Below are positions 36,026-45,848 of a DNA stretch of 64,000 nt, piece after piece. The stretch lies in contig JBBIJD010000001.1 of NCBI GenBank assembly GCA_037446135.1, forward strand, positions 17,076 through 81,075. Reading direction: 5' to 3'. Origin of the DNA: Candidatus Fraserbacteria bacterium (GTDB taxonomy: Bacteria > Bipolaricaulota > Bipolaricaulia > RBG-16-55-9 > JANLFV01). Within the stretch, counting starts at the first letter, position 1. Every line of letters starts with the position of its first letter. A program made the position numbers and the translations under genes. The notes under the pieces were generated by a model. That model was given only the letters and a program-made list of their open reading frames with translations, had not been told where the DNA came from and did not search any database.

Positions 36026-37551
36026 GCCCCTTCGGGCGGGGAAGGTCCTTTCGGGCTCAGATCCAGATTGTATCCCCTCTCGAAGAGCCGGAGGCAGGCC
36101 TCGCCAGCTTGGGGGTCGTAGAGCCGCCCCTTGTGCTTGGCGATCTCTCCCAAGGCCTCCTCGATGGCATGGGCCGGGCGGTAGGGCCGGTGAGAGGCCA
36201 CCGCCTCCACCACATCGGCCACCGCTAGAATTCGGGCCTCGAGCATGATCTCTTCCCCCTTGAGCCCCCGGGGGTAGCCCGAGCCGTCGAGCCGCTCGTG
36301 GTGCTGGAGGACGATCTCAGCCACCGGCCAGGGGAAGTCGATCTGCCTCAAGACCTCATAGCCGGCCTGGGGATGGACCCGCACCAGCCCCAACTCGGCC
36401 GGATTGAGCCTCCCCGGCTTGCTCAGGATCTCCGCGGGGATATAGATCTTCCCGATGTCGTGGACCTGAGCGGCCATCCTGAGCCCGGCGATCCGGTCCT
36501 GAGGGAGGCCCATCTCCTGGGCGATCGCGCAGGCCAGCTCCGCCACCCGCCGCTGGTGCCCCGCGGTGTAGGGGTCCCGGACCTCGACGGTGGTGGCGAG
36601 GACATCGACCATCTGCTCCAGGAGCCGCTCCAGCCGCTCATGACTCTCCCGGAGGGCCTCAAACAGCCGGAGGTTCTCCAAGGCCACAGCGGTGGCATTG
36701 GCCAAAGCCTCGAGGAGCTGGCAGTCCTCGGAGGTGAAGGCATTCAACTCCTGGCTCTCGGCGTTGAGGGCCCCGAGGACCCGCTCCCCCGCCTTCAAGG
36801 GGACGCAGAGCTCAGAGCGGTTGGCGAACCGCCCCCCGACGAACCGTGGGTCCTTGGTCACATCCGGGAGGAGGATCATCTCCCCAGAGCGGGCCACGGC
36901 GGGGATGATCCCCCGCTCGCTAGCGAGGGGGAACTCCTCCGGGCCGGGGGGCCGTCCAAGAGTGTGGGCGACACAGATGAGCCGCTCGGCCTTCTCGTCC
37001 ACTAGGAAGAGGCCGCAGTCCTCGAGCCCGAGGACCTCCCGGGCCGCCTCCACCGCCGCTTGGGCGATCTCCTCCTCGCTCCGGGAGAGGATCAACCTTC
37101 GGCCCAGGGCGTAGATCCCGGCCAGGCCCCGCTCGAGCCGCTTCCGCTCGGTGATGTCCCTCAGGATCGTCTGGAGGCCGACGACCTTCCCCGCCTGCCT
37201 GATCGGGTTGCTCCGGTAGTCCGCGATCCTCGGCCCCTTGGGGGTGGTGAGCTCGATCTCCCCTTGGATCGGCTCCCCTCGGCTTATCCGGGCGAGCTCC
37301 TCGAGCAGCCGGGGATGGTAGCGCTCGGGGACGAACTCGAGCATATTCTTCCCGACCAGGTCCTCCTTGCGGAAGCCATATTCTGCAGCGGCCCGGTTCA
37401 CGGCCGTCACATTCCCTTCAAGGTCGAAGGTGACAATGACATCCCTAGCGTCCTCGAAGAGCTCGCGATAGGCCCCTTCCGCCCGCTCAAGCTCAGCCAC
37501 CCGCAGCCGGAGCTGCTCGAGCTCTAACCCCTCTCGTGCCTCCGGTCTCAA
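35998..37551 (-). CDS. PAS-GAF-HD-GYP cyclic-dinucleotide phosphodiesterase
   Basis: PAS (DITERK); GAF (SELCVPL); RDPYT.GH, HDIGK, HHERLDGSGYP, ADV; promoter TTGACC-17-TAAACT at 37610-37582. Confidence 0.93.
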   Translation of the reverse strand: MRPEAREGLELEQLRLRVAELERAEGAYRELFEDARDVIVTFDLEGNVTAVNRAAAEYGFRKEDLVGKNMLEFVPERYHPRLLEELARISRGEPIQGEIELTTPKGPRIADYRSNPIRQAGKVVGLQTILRDITERKRLERGLAGIYALGRRLILSRSEEEIAQAAVEAAREVLGLEDCGLFLVDEKAERLICVAHTLGRPPGPEEFPLASERGIIPAVARSGEMILLPDVTKDPRFVGGRFANRSELCVPLKAGERVLGALNAESQELNAFTSEDCQLLEALANATAVALENLRLFEALRESHERLERLLEQMVDVLATTVEVRDPYTAGHQRRVAELACAIAQEMGLPQDRIAGLRMAAQVHDIGKIYIPAEILSKPGRLNPAELGLVRVHPQAGYEVLRQIDFPWPVAEIVLQHHERLDGSGYPRGLKGEEIMLEARILAVADVVEAVASHRPYRPAHAIEEALGEIAKHKGRLYDPQAGEACLRLFERGYNLDLSPKGPSPPEGACQARSLGV

Positions 37552-37782
37552 ATCTCCCCTCCCTCTATGGTATTTCAGTCCAGTTTATCAGATCGAGGGT
37601 CAAAGGTCAATCGACCAGCCGGAGGGACAAAAGGGAATCAGACGAGGCCCTCAGGCCAGGCCGGGGTGGGGCTCGGGCTCAGTCAGTTCAGTCAGCCGGC
37701 CTCGCCCTTCAATTTATCCACCCCCGGCCCAAGAGCAGCAGTCCCGGCACCCCGCCGGCAGGGGCTACCTCTATCTGCCCTT

Positions 37783-38430
37783 TTAAGGGCTGGGACTGGG
37801 ACAAGGGACGAAGCAGGCCGCCCCGCCGAAGCTCACCATCCCGCCGATCGAGATCTCGAGGGCCGAGAGGGCCCCATTCCCGTCACAGACGCCGTCGTAA
37901 GCCCCGTCCCCGTCGACATCGAGCCAGCAGAGCGAGTTCGGCATCACCTCATACTTCAGCTCGGCGAAGATCGAGAACGGCCCGGTGGTGACCCGGAAGC
38001 CCGCCAGCTCATGGAGAGAGAGGAGCATCCCCGGACCGTAGGGGTTCCCCAGAGCGGTGAATGCCTCATAGGGGAAGGTGCCGATTCCTCCGCCGAGATA
38101 GAATCTTGCCATCCCCCGGTTGAGGAAGAGCAAGAGGCTGCTCTCGACGGAGGTGAGGTCGGCCCGGAGTAGGGCCGCGCTCAAGTAGAAGGCCACTCCC
38201 AGCCTAGCGGCCAGATCGAGGGTCAGCGGAGCCTCGGCGTAGAGGTGGATGAAAGTGAGGGCCGTAGTGAGCGTGAGTGGCGGCATGGTGATCAGCGGGA
38301 GAGAGAGGGCCAGCCCGAAGGCCGGAGAGGGGGCCGACGGGGGGGTCGCGGGCTGAGTCTGGGCCAACCCCACAAGGCTGCCGACCAGTAAAAGGACCAG
38401 CACCAGGAGCGCAGTTAAAGCCAGCTTCAT
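37783..38430 (-). CDS. Hypothetical secreted protein, putative small outer-membrane beta-barrel
   Basis: Signal peptide; amphipathic strands (FYLGGGIG, FSIFAELKY, ISIGGMVSF); DVDGDG loop flanked by Cys. Confidence 0.55.
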   Translation of the reverse strand: MKLALTALLVLVLLLVGSLVGLAQTQPATPPSAPSPAFGLALSLPLITMPPLTLTTALTFIHLYAEAPLTLDLAARLGVAFYLSAALLRADLTSVESSLLLFLNRGMARFYLGGGIGTFPYEAFTALGNPYGPGMLLSLHELAGFRVTTGPFSIFAELKYEVMPNSLCWLDVDGDGAYDGVCDGNGALSALEISIGGMVSFGGAACFVPCPSPSP

Positions 38431-38555
38431 CTTCTTGAACCTCCCTTCCAATTCCAGCTCCTTATAGCCCCCCCGCCGGAGGGCTGGAAGGAAGGTGGTT
38501 TCGGATGCAGGTGATCTCTGTCAGTGAGCTAGGTCACTCGAGGCTCTCGAGCAAG

Positions 38556-39863
38556 TCAGAGGAGCCGCTGGAGGGCCTCCGCTAGGGTCGGGCGGCCGAT
38601 CTCTTGGAGCTCATAGCGGACGCGGACGGCCGGGGCCTCAAATTCGATGAGCCGGCGGAGGTCGATCGGGGTTCCGATGATCACCACCTCCGGTGAGGCC
38701 CGGCGGATCGTCTCCTCTAGCTCCTTGATCTGCTCTTTCCCGTAACCCATCGCCGGGAGGACCTGCTCCGCTTGGGGATACTTCGTGAGGGTCTCGGCGA
38801 GCGAGCCGACCGCGAATGGCCGGGGATCAATCAACTCCCGCGCCCCGAATCGCTCCGCGGCCAGCCGCCCGGCGCCGAAGCTCATCCCGCCATGAGTGAG
38901 CGTCGGCCCATCCTCGATGACCAAGGCCCGCTTCCCTCGGATCAGCTCGGGCGCCTCGACCGAGATCGGCGAGGCCGCCTCGATGATCATCGCCCCAGGA
39001 TTGACTTTCCGGACATTCTCCCGGACCCGCTGGACCTGCTCTTCAGCGGCGGTATCGACCTTATTGATCACCACCACATCCGCCGCGCGGATGTTGACCG
39101 AGCCGGGCCAAAAGGTCAGCTCATGGCCAGCACGGAGGGGATCAGCGACGGTGATCCACAGGTCCGGGCTGTAGAAGGGGAAGTCATTGTTTCCCCCATC
39201 CCAGAGGATGATATCCGCCTCGCGCTCCGCTTCGCGGAGGATCCGTTCGTAATCGACCCCGGCGAAGACGACATTCCCATGATCGAGGTGGGGCTCATAT
39301 TCTTCCCGCTCCTCGATCGTGCAGTTATGCCGGTCCAGGTCGGCATAGCTGGCGAACCGCTGGACCGCCTGCTTCGCTAGGTCCCCGTAGGGCATGGGAT
39401 GGCGGACGATCGCCAGCCTCTTCCCTTTGGCACGGAGGAGCTCGCTCACCCTCCGGGTGGTCTGGCTCTTCCCGCAGCCGGTCCGAACGGCCGTGATCGC
39501 CACTACCGGCTTTTTGGCCTTGAGCATCGTCGAGTCTGGGCCGAGCAGGAGGAAGTCGGCCCCCGCGGCCTGGGCGATGGCCGCTCGCTCCATCACATGC
39601 TGGTGGGAGACATCGCTGTAGGCGAAGACGACCTGCTGGACCTTCTGCTCTTTGATCAATTCCGGGAGGCGCTCCTCCGGCTCGATCGGGATCCCCTCAG
39701 GGTAGAGCGGGCCCGCCAGCTCCGGAGGATACCTCCTCCCGGAGATGTTGGGGATCTGGGTCGCAGTGAAGGCCACGACCCTATAATCGGGGTTCTCGCG
39801 GAAATAGACATTGAAGTTGTGGAAGTCTCTCCCGGCTGCGCCCATGATGATCGCGCGCTTCAC
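38556..39863 (-). CDS. cDPGS-homologous P-loop protein (COG2403), probably arginine synthetase ArcE-like
   Basis: MGAAGRDFHNFN, RTGCGKS P-loop, RHPMPYG, TIEEREEYE, WDGGNND, EDGPTLTHGGM. Confidence 0.75.
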   Translation of the reverse strand: MKRAIIMGAAGRDFHNFNVYFRENPDYRVVAFTATQIPNISGRRYPPELAGPLYPEGIPIEPEERLPELIKEQKVQQVVFAYSDVSHQHVMERAAIAQAAGADFLLLGPDSTMLKAKKPVVAITAVRTGCGKSQTTRRVSELLRAKGKRLAIVRHPMPYGDLAKQAVQRFASYADLDRHNCTIEEREEYEPHLDHGNVVFAGVDYERILREAEREADIILWDGGNNDFPFYSPDLWITVADPLRAGHELTFWPGSVNIRAADVVVINKVDTAAEEQVQRVRENVRKVNPGAMIIEAASPISVEAPELIRGKRALVIEDGPTLTHGGMSFGAGRLAAERFGARELIDPRPFAVGSLAETLTKYPQAEQVLPAMGYGKEQIKELEETIRRASPEVVIIGTPIDLRRLIEFEAPAVRVRYELQEIGRPTLAEALQRLL

Positions 39864-40052
39864 TTAAGGACCACGCTCCTTGCTTGGCTTGCCCGGCCTG
39901 GCTCGGGCTTGGCTAGCGCCCGAGATGATAGGGGAAGCACAAAGGCCGGTCAAGCCGAGCTGAGCTAAGCTAAGCGAGCCAGGCAGTCGGTCCGTCCGAC
40001 CCTTGTGAGGCCCACTGTGGGCCTATATACTTAGGGAGAGCGAGGTGGAGGA

Positions 40053-40607
40053 TTGAACAAGAGCAAGCGCGGCCTCTTTCTCGGGCGATTCCAGCCCTAC
40101 CATAACGGCCACCATGCGGTCATAGAGAAGATTGCTAAGGAGGTCGATGAGCTGATCATCGGGATCGGGAGCGCCCAGTGGAGCCACTCCTTCGATAACC
40201 CCTTCACCGCCGGTGAGCGGGTCTTGATGGTCCGCCGGGCGATCAAGCACCTCCCGATCGTCACTTATGTCCTGCCGATCGAGGACATCCAGCGGAACTC
40301 CCTCTATGTGGCCCACATCAAGACGATCTGTCCGCCATTCTCGGTGGTCTATTCCAATAATCCCCTGATCCGGCGGCTCTTCGAGGAGGAGGGGATCGAG
40401 GTTCGCCGGACAGAGATGGTCGAACGGGAGCTCTATTGGGGTGTGGAGATCCGGCGGAGGATGGTCAACGGCGAGCCCTGGGAGGAGTTAGTCCCCCCCG
40501 CGGTCGTGGAGGTCATCTCTGAGATCGACGGGCTGGCGCGGCTCCGGCAGGTGACCTCGACTGACACGACCGTTCCCCAGGACCTCCGGGATAAGGGGTC
40601 GAGCTAG
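40053..40607 (+). CDS. nadM: Nicotinamide-nucleotide adenylyltransferase (archaeal-type NadM)
   Basis: [42 protein letters not shown]. Confidence 0.9.
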   Translation: MNKSKRGLFLGRFQPYHNGHHAVIEKIAKEVDELIIGIGSAQWSHSFDNPFTAGERVLMVRRAIKHLPIVTYVLPIEDIQRNSLYVAHIKTICPPFSVVYSNNPLIRRLFEEEGIEVRRTEMVERELYWGVEIRRRMVNGEPWEELVPPAVVEVISEIDGLARLRQVTSTDTTVPQDLRDKGSS

Positions 40608-40617
40608 CTCAGTCAGG

Positions 40618-41118
40618 ATGGGCTTGGAAGAGAAGGTCGGGGCGCTCCTGCGGGCGAGGGGGCTCACTCTCGCGACGGCCGAGTCCTGCACCGGCGGACT
40701 ATTGGGCCACATGATCACGAATGTCCCTGGCAGTTCGGACTATTTCTTAGGAGGTGTAGTGGCCTACTCCAATGCCGCCAAGGAGCGCCTCCTCGGGGTC
40801 CGAGCCGAGACCCTGGCGAAAGAGGGGGCCGTGAGCGCGGCCGTGGCACTGGAGATGGCCCGCGGGGCTCGAAGGCTCTTCGACTCGGACCTGGCCCTCG
40901 CGACCACCGGGATCGCCGGGCCGGGTGGCGGGACGGAGGAGAAGCCGGTCGGCCTGGTCTATATCGCCCTGGTCGCCCCGACTCGAGAATTGTGCGAGCG
41001 CCATATCTGGCAGGGCGAGCGGGTGGAGAACAAGCGCCGCACAGCGGAGCGGGCCCTGAAGCTCCTCTTAGAGCATTTGAATCCTAGCTTGGGTGAGCCT
41101 GAGCCAAGGGTAAGATGA
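40618..41118 (+). CDS. pncC: NMN amidohydrolase (CinA C-terminal domain)
   Basis: [36 protein letters not shown]. Confidence 0.92.
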   Translation: MGLEEKVGALLRARGLTLATAESCTGGLLGHMITNVPGSSDYFLGGVVAYSNAAKERLLGVRAETLAKEGAVSAAVALEMARGARRLFDSDLALATTGIAGPGGGTEEKPVGLVYIALVAPTRELCERHIWQGERVENKRRTAERALKLLLEHLNPSLGEPEPRVR

Positions 41119-41882
41119 TTTTGAACCTGCCTCATAACGGGAATGAGAAGCTGAGTGAGCTTGAGCGGCGGATCTCCCAGCATGAGCCGCTCAAGACCTA
41201 CTGGTATTGCTCCAATGTCAATGTGATCGACAGGATGGGGATCAACGACCATGGGCCGGTCCATATCAAGATCGTGGCCAACCTCGCCCTGAAGATCCTG
41301 AGGCTCCTCGCCACTGCCGGGATCGAGCCGAGCGTAGTGAAGCACCACAAGCTCTCGCCCGCCGACGCTGAGGTGATCGTGGTCCTCGCGGCGGCCTTGC
41401 ATGACATCGGGCACATCGTCCACCGGGAGAACCATGAGGAGTTCTCGATCGCCCTCGCACCGGGGCTGATTCATGAGCTCATCGAGGGGCTCTATGGGCC
41501 TCGGGAGATGGCGATCCTGACCGCCGAGGTCTTGCATGCGATCTATGCCCACAAGACCGAGGTCGAGCCCCTGACAGTCGAGGCCGGGGTCCTGAAGGTC
41601 GCCGATGCACTGGACATGGAGCAAGGGCGGGCGAGGATCCCCTTCCAGATCGGGGGGATCACGATCCACTCCGTCTCGGCGATGGCCATCGACAAGGTCC
41701 GGGTCCGTCGGGGGAAGGAGAAGCCGGTCGAGATCCATATCAAGATGTCCAACTCCGCGGGGATCTTCCAATTGGATAATCTCTTGAAGCGGAAGCTGGA
41801 GCACTCCGGGATCAAGGATCATTTCGAGATCAATGTCGAGATCGGCGCGGAGCGGAAGATTGTGGAGCAGTATCGGCTATGA
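41115..41882 (+). CDS. HD-domain phosphohydrolase (COG3294-like)
   Basis: NDHG..H, LHDIGH, H, ADALD..GRAR. Confidence 0.85.
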   Translation: MILNLPHNGNEKLSELERRISQHEPLKTYWYCSNVNVIDRMGINDHGPVHIKIVANLALKILRLLATAGIEPSVVKHHKLSPADAEVIVVLAAALHDIGHIVHRENHEEFSIALAPGLIHELIEGLYGPREMAILTAEVLHAIYAHKTEVEPLTVEAGVLKVADALDMEQGRARIPFQIGGITIHSVSAMAIDKVRVRRGKEKPVEIHIKMSNSAGIFQLDNLLKRKLEHSGIKDHFEINVEIGAERKIVEQYRL

Positions 41883-42187
41883 TCGCGGAATTCAGCATCA
41901 CCCCCATCGGGAGGGGCGAGAGCCTCTCCGAGGAGATCGCCAGGGTCCTGGATCTGGTGGACAAGAGCGGGCTGGACTACCGGCTCACGCCGATGGGGAC
42001 GATCATCGAGGGGGAGTGGGACGAGGTCTTCGCCCTGATCAAGCGCTGCCATGAGGCAGTGCTCGAGCGGGCGAACCGTGTCTCCACTTGGGTCCACATC
42101 GACGATCGCAAGGGCGTCCCCAAGGACCGGATCCGGCACAAGGTCAAGGCCGTGGAAGAGAGGCTCGGCCGGGAGCTCAAGAAGTGA
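41879..42187 (+). CDS. MTH1187/UPF0045 thiamine-binding family protein
   Basis: FSITPIG..S, SGL.Y.LTPMGT.IEG, IDDR. Confidence 0.88.
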   Translation: MIAEFSITPIGRGESLSEEIARVLDLVDKSGLDYRLTPMGTIIEGEWDEVFALIKRCHEAVLERANRVSTWVHIDDRKGVPKDRIRHKVKAVEERLGRELKK

Positions 42188-42197
42188 GCCTAGAGCA

Positions 42198-43202
42198 ATG
42201 AAGGCGATGGTCCTTCGCCGGCCGAGACCGATCGCGGACCGGCCTTTAGTGCTGGAGGAGGTCCCGCTCCCCGAGCCCGGGCCGGGGGAGATAAGGCTCC
42301 GAGTCCGGGCCTGCGGGGTCTGCCATACCGACCTACATACGGTCGAGGGGGATCTCAAGCTCCCGCGGCTCCCGCTCATCCCCGGCCACCAGATCGTCGG
42401 GGTGGTCGAGAAGCGCGGGGAAGGGGTGGAGCGCTTCAAGTTGGGCCAGCGAGTCGGGGTCCCCTGGCTCAACTGGGCCTGTGGGGAGTGCGAATTCTGT
42501 CGGAAGGGGCTGGAGAACCTCTGTCCCAATGCCAAGTTCACCGGCCTCCATGTGGACGGCGGCTATGCCGAGTATGCCATCGTCCCGGAAGCCTTCGCTT
42601 ATCCCATCCCCGAGGGCTTCTCGGACTCCCAGGCGGCCCCGCTCCTCTGCGCCGGGATCATCGGCTACCGTGCCCTCCGGTTGAGTGAGGCCAAGGCGAG
42701 GGAGCGACTCGGCCTCTTCGGCTTCGGGGCCTCGGCCCATGTGACGATCCAGGTGGCCCGCCACCTAGGGTGTGAGGTCTATGTCTTCACTCGGACGAAA
42801 GGGCATCAAGAACTGGCACAGAAATTGGGGGCAGCATGGGTCGGCCCGCCCCAGGATGAGCCGCCTCGGCAGCTCGACGGTGCGATCATCTTCGCCCCAG
42901 CAGGTTGGCTCGTCCCGAAGGCATTGCGGGCCCTCCGGCCTGGAGGGACTCTGGCCCTCGCGGGGATCCACATGACCCCGATCCCGGAGCTGAGCTATGA
43001 GCTCCTTTACGGCGAGCGGACGGTCCGAAGCGTGGCCAACATGACCCGAGAGGATGCGCGAGAACTCCTAGAGCTGGCGGAGAAGATCCCGATCCAGACC
43101 GAGGTCGAGGTCTATCCCCTCGCCGAGGCCAACGAGGTCCTCCTTCGGCTGAAGGAGGGGCGGATTCGCGGCGCGGCGGTCTTAGATATTGCTCCCCCAT
43201 AG
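42198..43202 (+). CDS. Zinc-dependent alcohol dehydrogenase family protein
   Basis: CGVCHTD, GHQ, CGECEFC..ENLC, CAGIIGYR, GFGASAH; start MKAMVL. Confidence 0.92.
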   Translation: MKAMVLRRPRPIADRPLVLEEVPLPEPGPGEIRLRVRACGVCHTDLHTVEGDLKLPRLPLIPGHQIVGVVEKRGEGVERFKLGQRVGVPWLNWACGECEFCRKGLENLCPNAKFTGLHVDGGYAEYAIVPEAFAYPIPEGFSDSQAAPLLCAGIIGYRALRLSEAKARERLGLFGFGASAHVTIQVARHLGCEVYVFTRTKGHQELAQKLGAAWVGPPQDEPPRQLDGAIIFAPAGWLVPKALRALRPGGTLALAGIHMTPIPELSYELLYGERTVRSVANMTREDARELLELAEKIPIQTEVEVYPLAEANEVLLRLKEGRIRGAAVLDIAPP

Positions 43203-43254
43203 GCCTCCGACTATAATGGGGAAGACCCTGCGCGATCGGGAGGTAGAAGAGAAG

Positions 43255-44322
43255 ATGGAAGCCAAGCTTACGCGGAGGTCCTTCCTCAAATTCGCCGGTC
43301 TCGCCGCCCTGGGATTGCTCACCTCACCAAGGCTCCCCCGGGCTAAGACTGAGAAGCCACTCCAGCTCAGCTATCCCCTCTCGCTCGAGGCCATCCCCCT
43401 CAAGTTCGCTGAGAAGGAGGGGCTCTTCCGGGCCGAGGGGTTGGAGGTGGAGATCCTCTCCCTCCCCGAGGATCTGGCCCGCCGGGATGCCTTCATCTCG
43501 GGGAGGCTCGACGGCCTGATCTGCGACCTCTCCACGGTCGTCTTCGGGGTGGCCAACGCCGGGGCTGAGATCGCTATCACCTCCACGGCCTTCGAGCAGC
43601 TCCCAGGGGGCCGGACCCTGGTCCTTTTAGGGAGTGGGCCATTCGGGATCAGGAGCCTGGAAGACCTCTTCAGTCGCGTCAGCGGCAGATCATTTGAGTC
43701 GATCATGATCCTGATGAGATCGGACATGCACTATGCCACGGATCAACTTTTGGCCGGTCTGGGGAGGAGCTTCGACGATAAGGTCATCTACACCGAGGGC
43801 GGGGACCTAGTGAACATCTACACCCTGCTTATCGGTGGGAGCATCCTAGCGGCCGTCCTCCCTGAGCCGCTGGCCACCCTCGCCGGCCCGAAGGACACCC
43901 TCCTCCAGGAGCGGGACCGTGCGACTTACCTCTCGACCTATGAGGGGATTAAGCTCATGCCTGCTGTGATCGCCTTCCAGAGGAAGGCCCTATCAGACCG
44001 GCCGGAGCAGCTCGAGCGGTTCTATCGGGCCTACAGCCGGGCGGTGGAGGAGATCAACGCCGCGCCGCGGGAGGAGTTCCTCGACCTTGCGGCCGATATC
44101 GGGATCGAGGTCCTCAACCAGGTGCTCCCCGATCGTCAGTATACTAGAGCGGACTTGCCCGAGGGCTTCCTCGAGATCTTTGATATCCCCCGCTTCCCTC
44201 AGCCGCGACTCCTCGCGGAAGAGGAACTCCAGGCGGTGGTGGAGTGGGCTCTGGCCAAGCGGTTCATCTTCCAGAGGATCTCCTATGCCCAAGCGACGGA
44301 TAATCGTTTCCTGATAGCATGA
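43255..44322 (+). CDS. NitT/TauT-type ABC substrate-binding protein with Tat signal
   Basis: TRRSFLK twin-Arg; AEKEGLF..EGLEVE; LPEP; promoter TTGCTC-17-TATAAT at 43189-43217. Confidence 0.8.
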   Translation: MEAKLTRRSFLKFAGLAALGLLTSPRLPRAKTEKPLQLSYPLSLEAIPLKFAEKEGLFRAEGLEVEILSLPEDLARRDAFISGRLDGLICDLSTVVFGVANAGAEIAITSTAFEQLPGGRTLVLLGSGPFGIRSLEDLFSRVSGRSFESIMILMRSDMHYATDQLLAGLGRSFDDKVIYTEGGDLVNIYTLLIGGSILAAVLPEPLATLAGPKDTLLQERDRATYLSTYEGIKLMPAVIAFQRKALSDRPEQLERFYRAYSRAVEEINAAPREEFLDLAADIGIEVLNQVLPDRQYTRADLPEGFLEIFDIPRFPQPRLLAEEELQAVVEWALAKRFIFQRISYAQATDNRFLIA

Positions 44323-45068
44323 TCGAGGTCGAGGCCCTCCATCTGGACTATCGGCTCGGGCGGGGGCGGGGGCAGCCCATGCCGGCGATCGCCGGCCTCT
44401 CCCTCAAGGTCGGGCGGGGAGAGAGCCTGGCGATCATTGGCCCCTCCGGCTGCGGGAAGACTAGCCTCCTTTATGTTTTGGCCGGGCTTTTGCGCCCGAC
44501 CTCCGGGGCGGTCCGGATCGCCGGGGAAGAGGTCCGCGGCCCGCGGCGGGATGTGGCCCTCATCCTCCAGGAGATCGGACTATTGCCCTGGAAGACCATC
44601 TGGAGGAATGTCGTATTAGGGCTGGAGCTGAACGGCGGGCTCGATCGGGCCCATTCGGCCAAGGTAGAGGCGCTCCTTGAGGAGCTCGGGCTGGCCGAGC
44701 TGCGGGACCGCTATCCGGCCCAGCTCTCCGGTGGGCAGAAGAAGCGGGTCGGGCTGGCAAGGGCCCTGGCCGTCGAGCCGGCGGCCCTCTTGATGGACGA
44801 GCCGCTCGCCTTCCTCGATGAGCAGACGAAGGAGGAGATCCAGGACTCGATCCTCCAGCTCTGGCAGGAACGGAAGGAGCAGTTGACGATGGTCCTCGTG
44901 ACCCACGACATCGAGGAGGCCGTCTTCCTCGGGCAACGGATCGCGGTCCTCACCCCCCGTCCGGCAAAGGTCAAGGCGGAATTGGCGAACCCCGGGCTGG
45001 GCGGGCCGGATTACCGCCGGAGCCCGGAGTTCTATGAGCTGGTAAGGCGGCTACGCGAACTCCTCTAG
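44319..45068 (+). CDS. NitT/TauT ABC ATPase
   Basis: GPSGCGKT, LLPW, LSGGQ, MDEP, VTHDIEEA. Confidence 0.92.
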   Translation: MIEVEALHLDYRLGRGRGQPMPAIAGLSLKVGRGESLAIIGPSGCGKTSLLYVLAGLLRPTSGAVRIAGEEVRGPRRDVALILQEIGLLPWKTIWRNVVLGLELNGGLDRAHSAKVEALLEELGLAELRDRYPAQLSGGQKKRVGLARALAVEPAALLMDEPLAFLDEQTKEEIQDSILQLWQERKEQLTMVLVTHDIEEAVFLGQRIAVLTPRPAKVKAELANPGLGGPDYRRSPEFYELVRRLRELL

Positions 45069-45839
45069 ATGAGCCGGCAACGGAAGCTCTTTTATTACCT
45101 TTTGGGGCTGGTGATCCTCCTAGCAGTGTGGTTCCTCGGGAGCCTGATCATGGAGCTGGTCTTCCTCCATGAGCCGGCCAAGGCAAGGGCTTTCCCCGAC
45201 CCGATCCGGGCCTTCAAGGCCCTTTACAACAGTTGGAGCGAGCTGGGGAGGAACCTCCTCGCCAGTGGGCTCAGGGTCCTGCTCGGCCTCCTCATTGCCG
45301 TCCTCGTCGCCGCCCCGATCGGACTGGTCCTCGGCCATGAGGAGTTCCTCGATCGGATCTTTAGCCCCGTCATCTACATCACCTTCCCCATCCCCAAGAT
45401 CGTCTTTCTGCCTCTATTGTTCGTCCTCTTCGGGCTGAGTGAGCTCTCGATCGTCTCGATCATCGCCCTGATCGTGGCCTTCCAGACACTCCTCGCGGCA
45501 AGGGACGCCGCGAGGAATGTCCCCCCAGACTATGTCCTGAGCGTCCGGAGCGCTGGGGCCAATAAGTGGCAGGTCTATCGCCATGTGGTCATCCCCGCCT
45601 CGCTCCCCGAGGTCCTGGCCTCGGTCCGGATCTCCATCGGGATCGCGATCGCCGCCCTTTATCTCGCGGAGACGACCGGGGTCAACTCCGGGCTGGGCTA
45701 CTTCCTCCAGAGCGTCCGGCGCCAGTTCAGATATGAGGACCTCTTCGCCGGGATCATGGTCATGGGCCTCCTCGGGCTCATCCTCTATGGGCTGCTCGAC
45801 CTGCTCGAACGGCTCCTCTGCCGCTGGAAGCACCTCTGA
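45069..45839 (+). CDS. NitT/TauT ABC permease
   Basis: TM helices; PIPKI..LP; SAGA....HVVIPASLP; AE...GLG. Confidence 0.9.
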   Translation: MSRQRKLFYYLLGLVILLAVWFLGSLIMELVFLHEPAKARAFPDPIRAFKALYNSWSELGRNLLASGLRVLLGLLIAVLVAAPIGLVLGHEEFLDRIFSPVIYITFPIPKIVFLPLLFVLFGLSELSIVSIIALIVAFQTLLAARDAARNVPPDYVLSVRSAGANKWQVYRHVVIPASLPEVLASVRISIGIAIAALYLAETTGVNSGLGYFLQSVRRQFRYEDLFAGIMVMGLLGLILYGLLDLLERLLCRWKHL

Positions 45840-45848
45840 TCTCGTCTT

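Noticed and set aside
41879..43255. TPP riboswitch near the thiamine-binding protein and NitT/TauT transporter
   Set aside because: No CTGAGA...CCTGA aptamer core, and the intergenic spaces are too short
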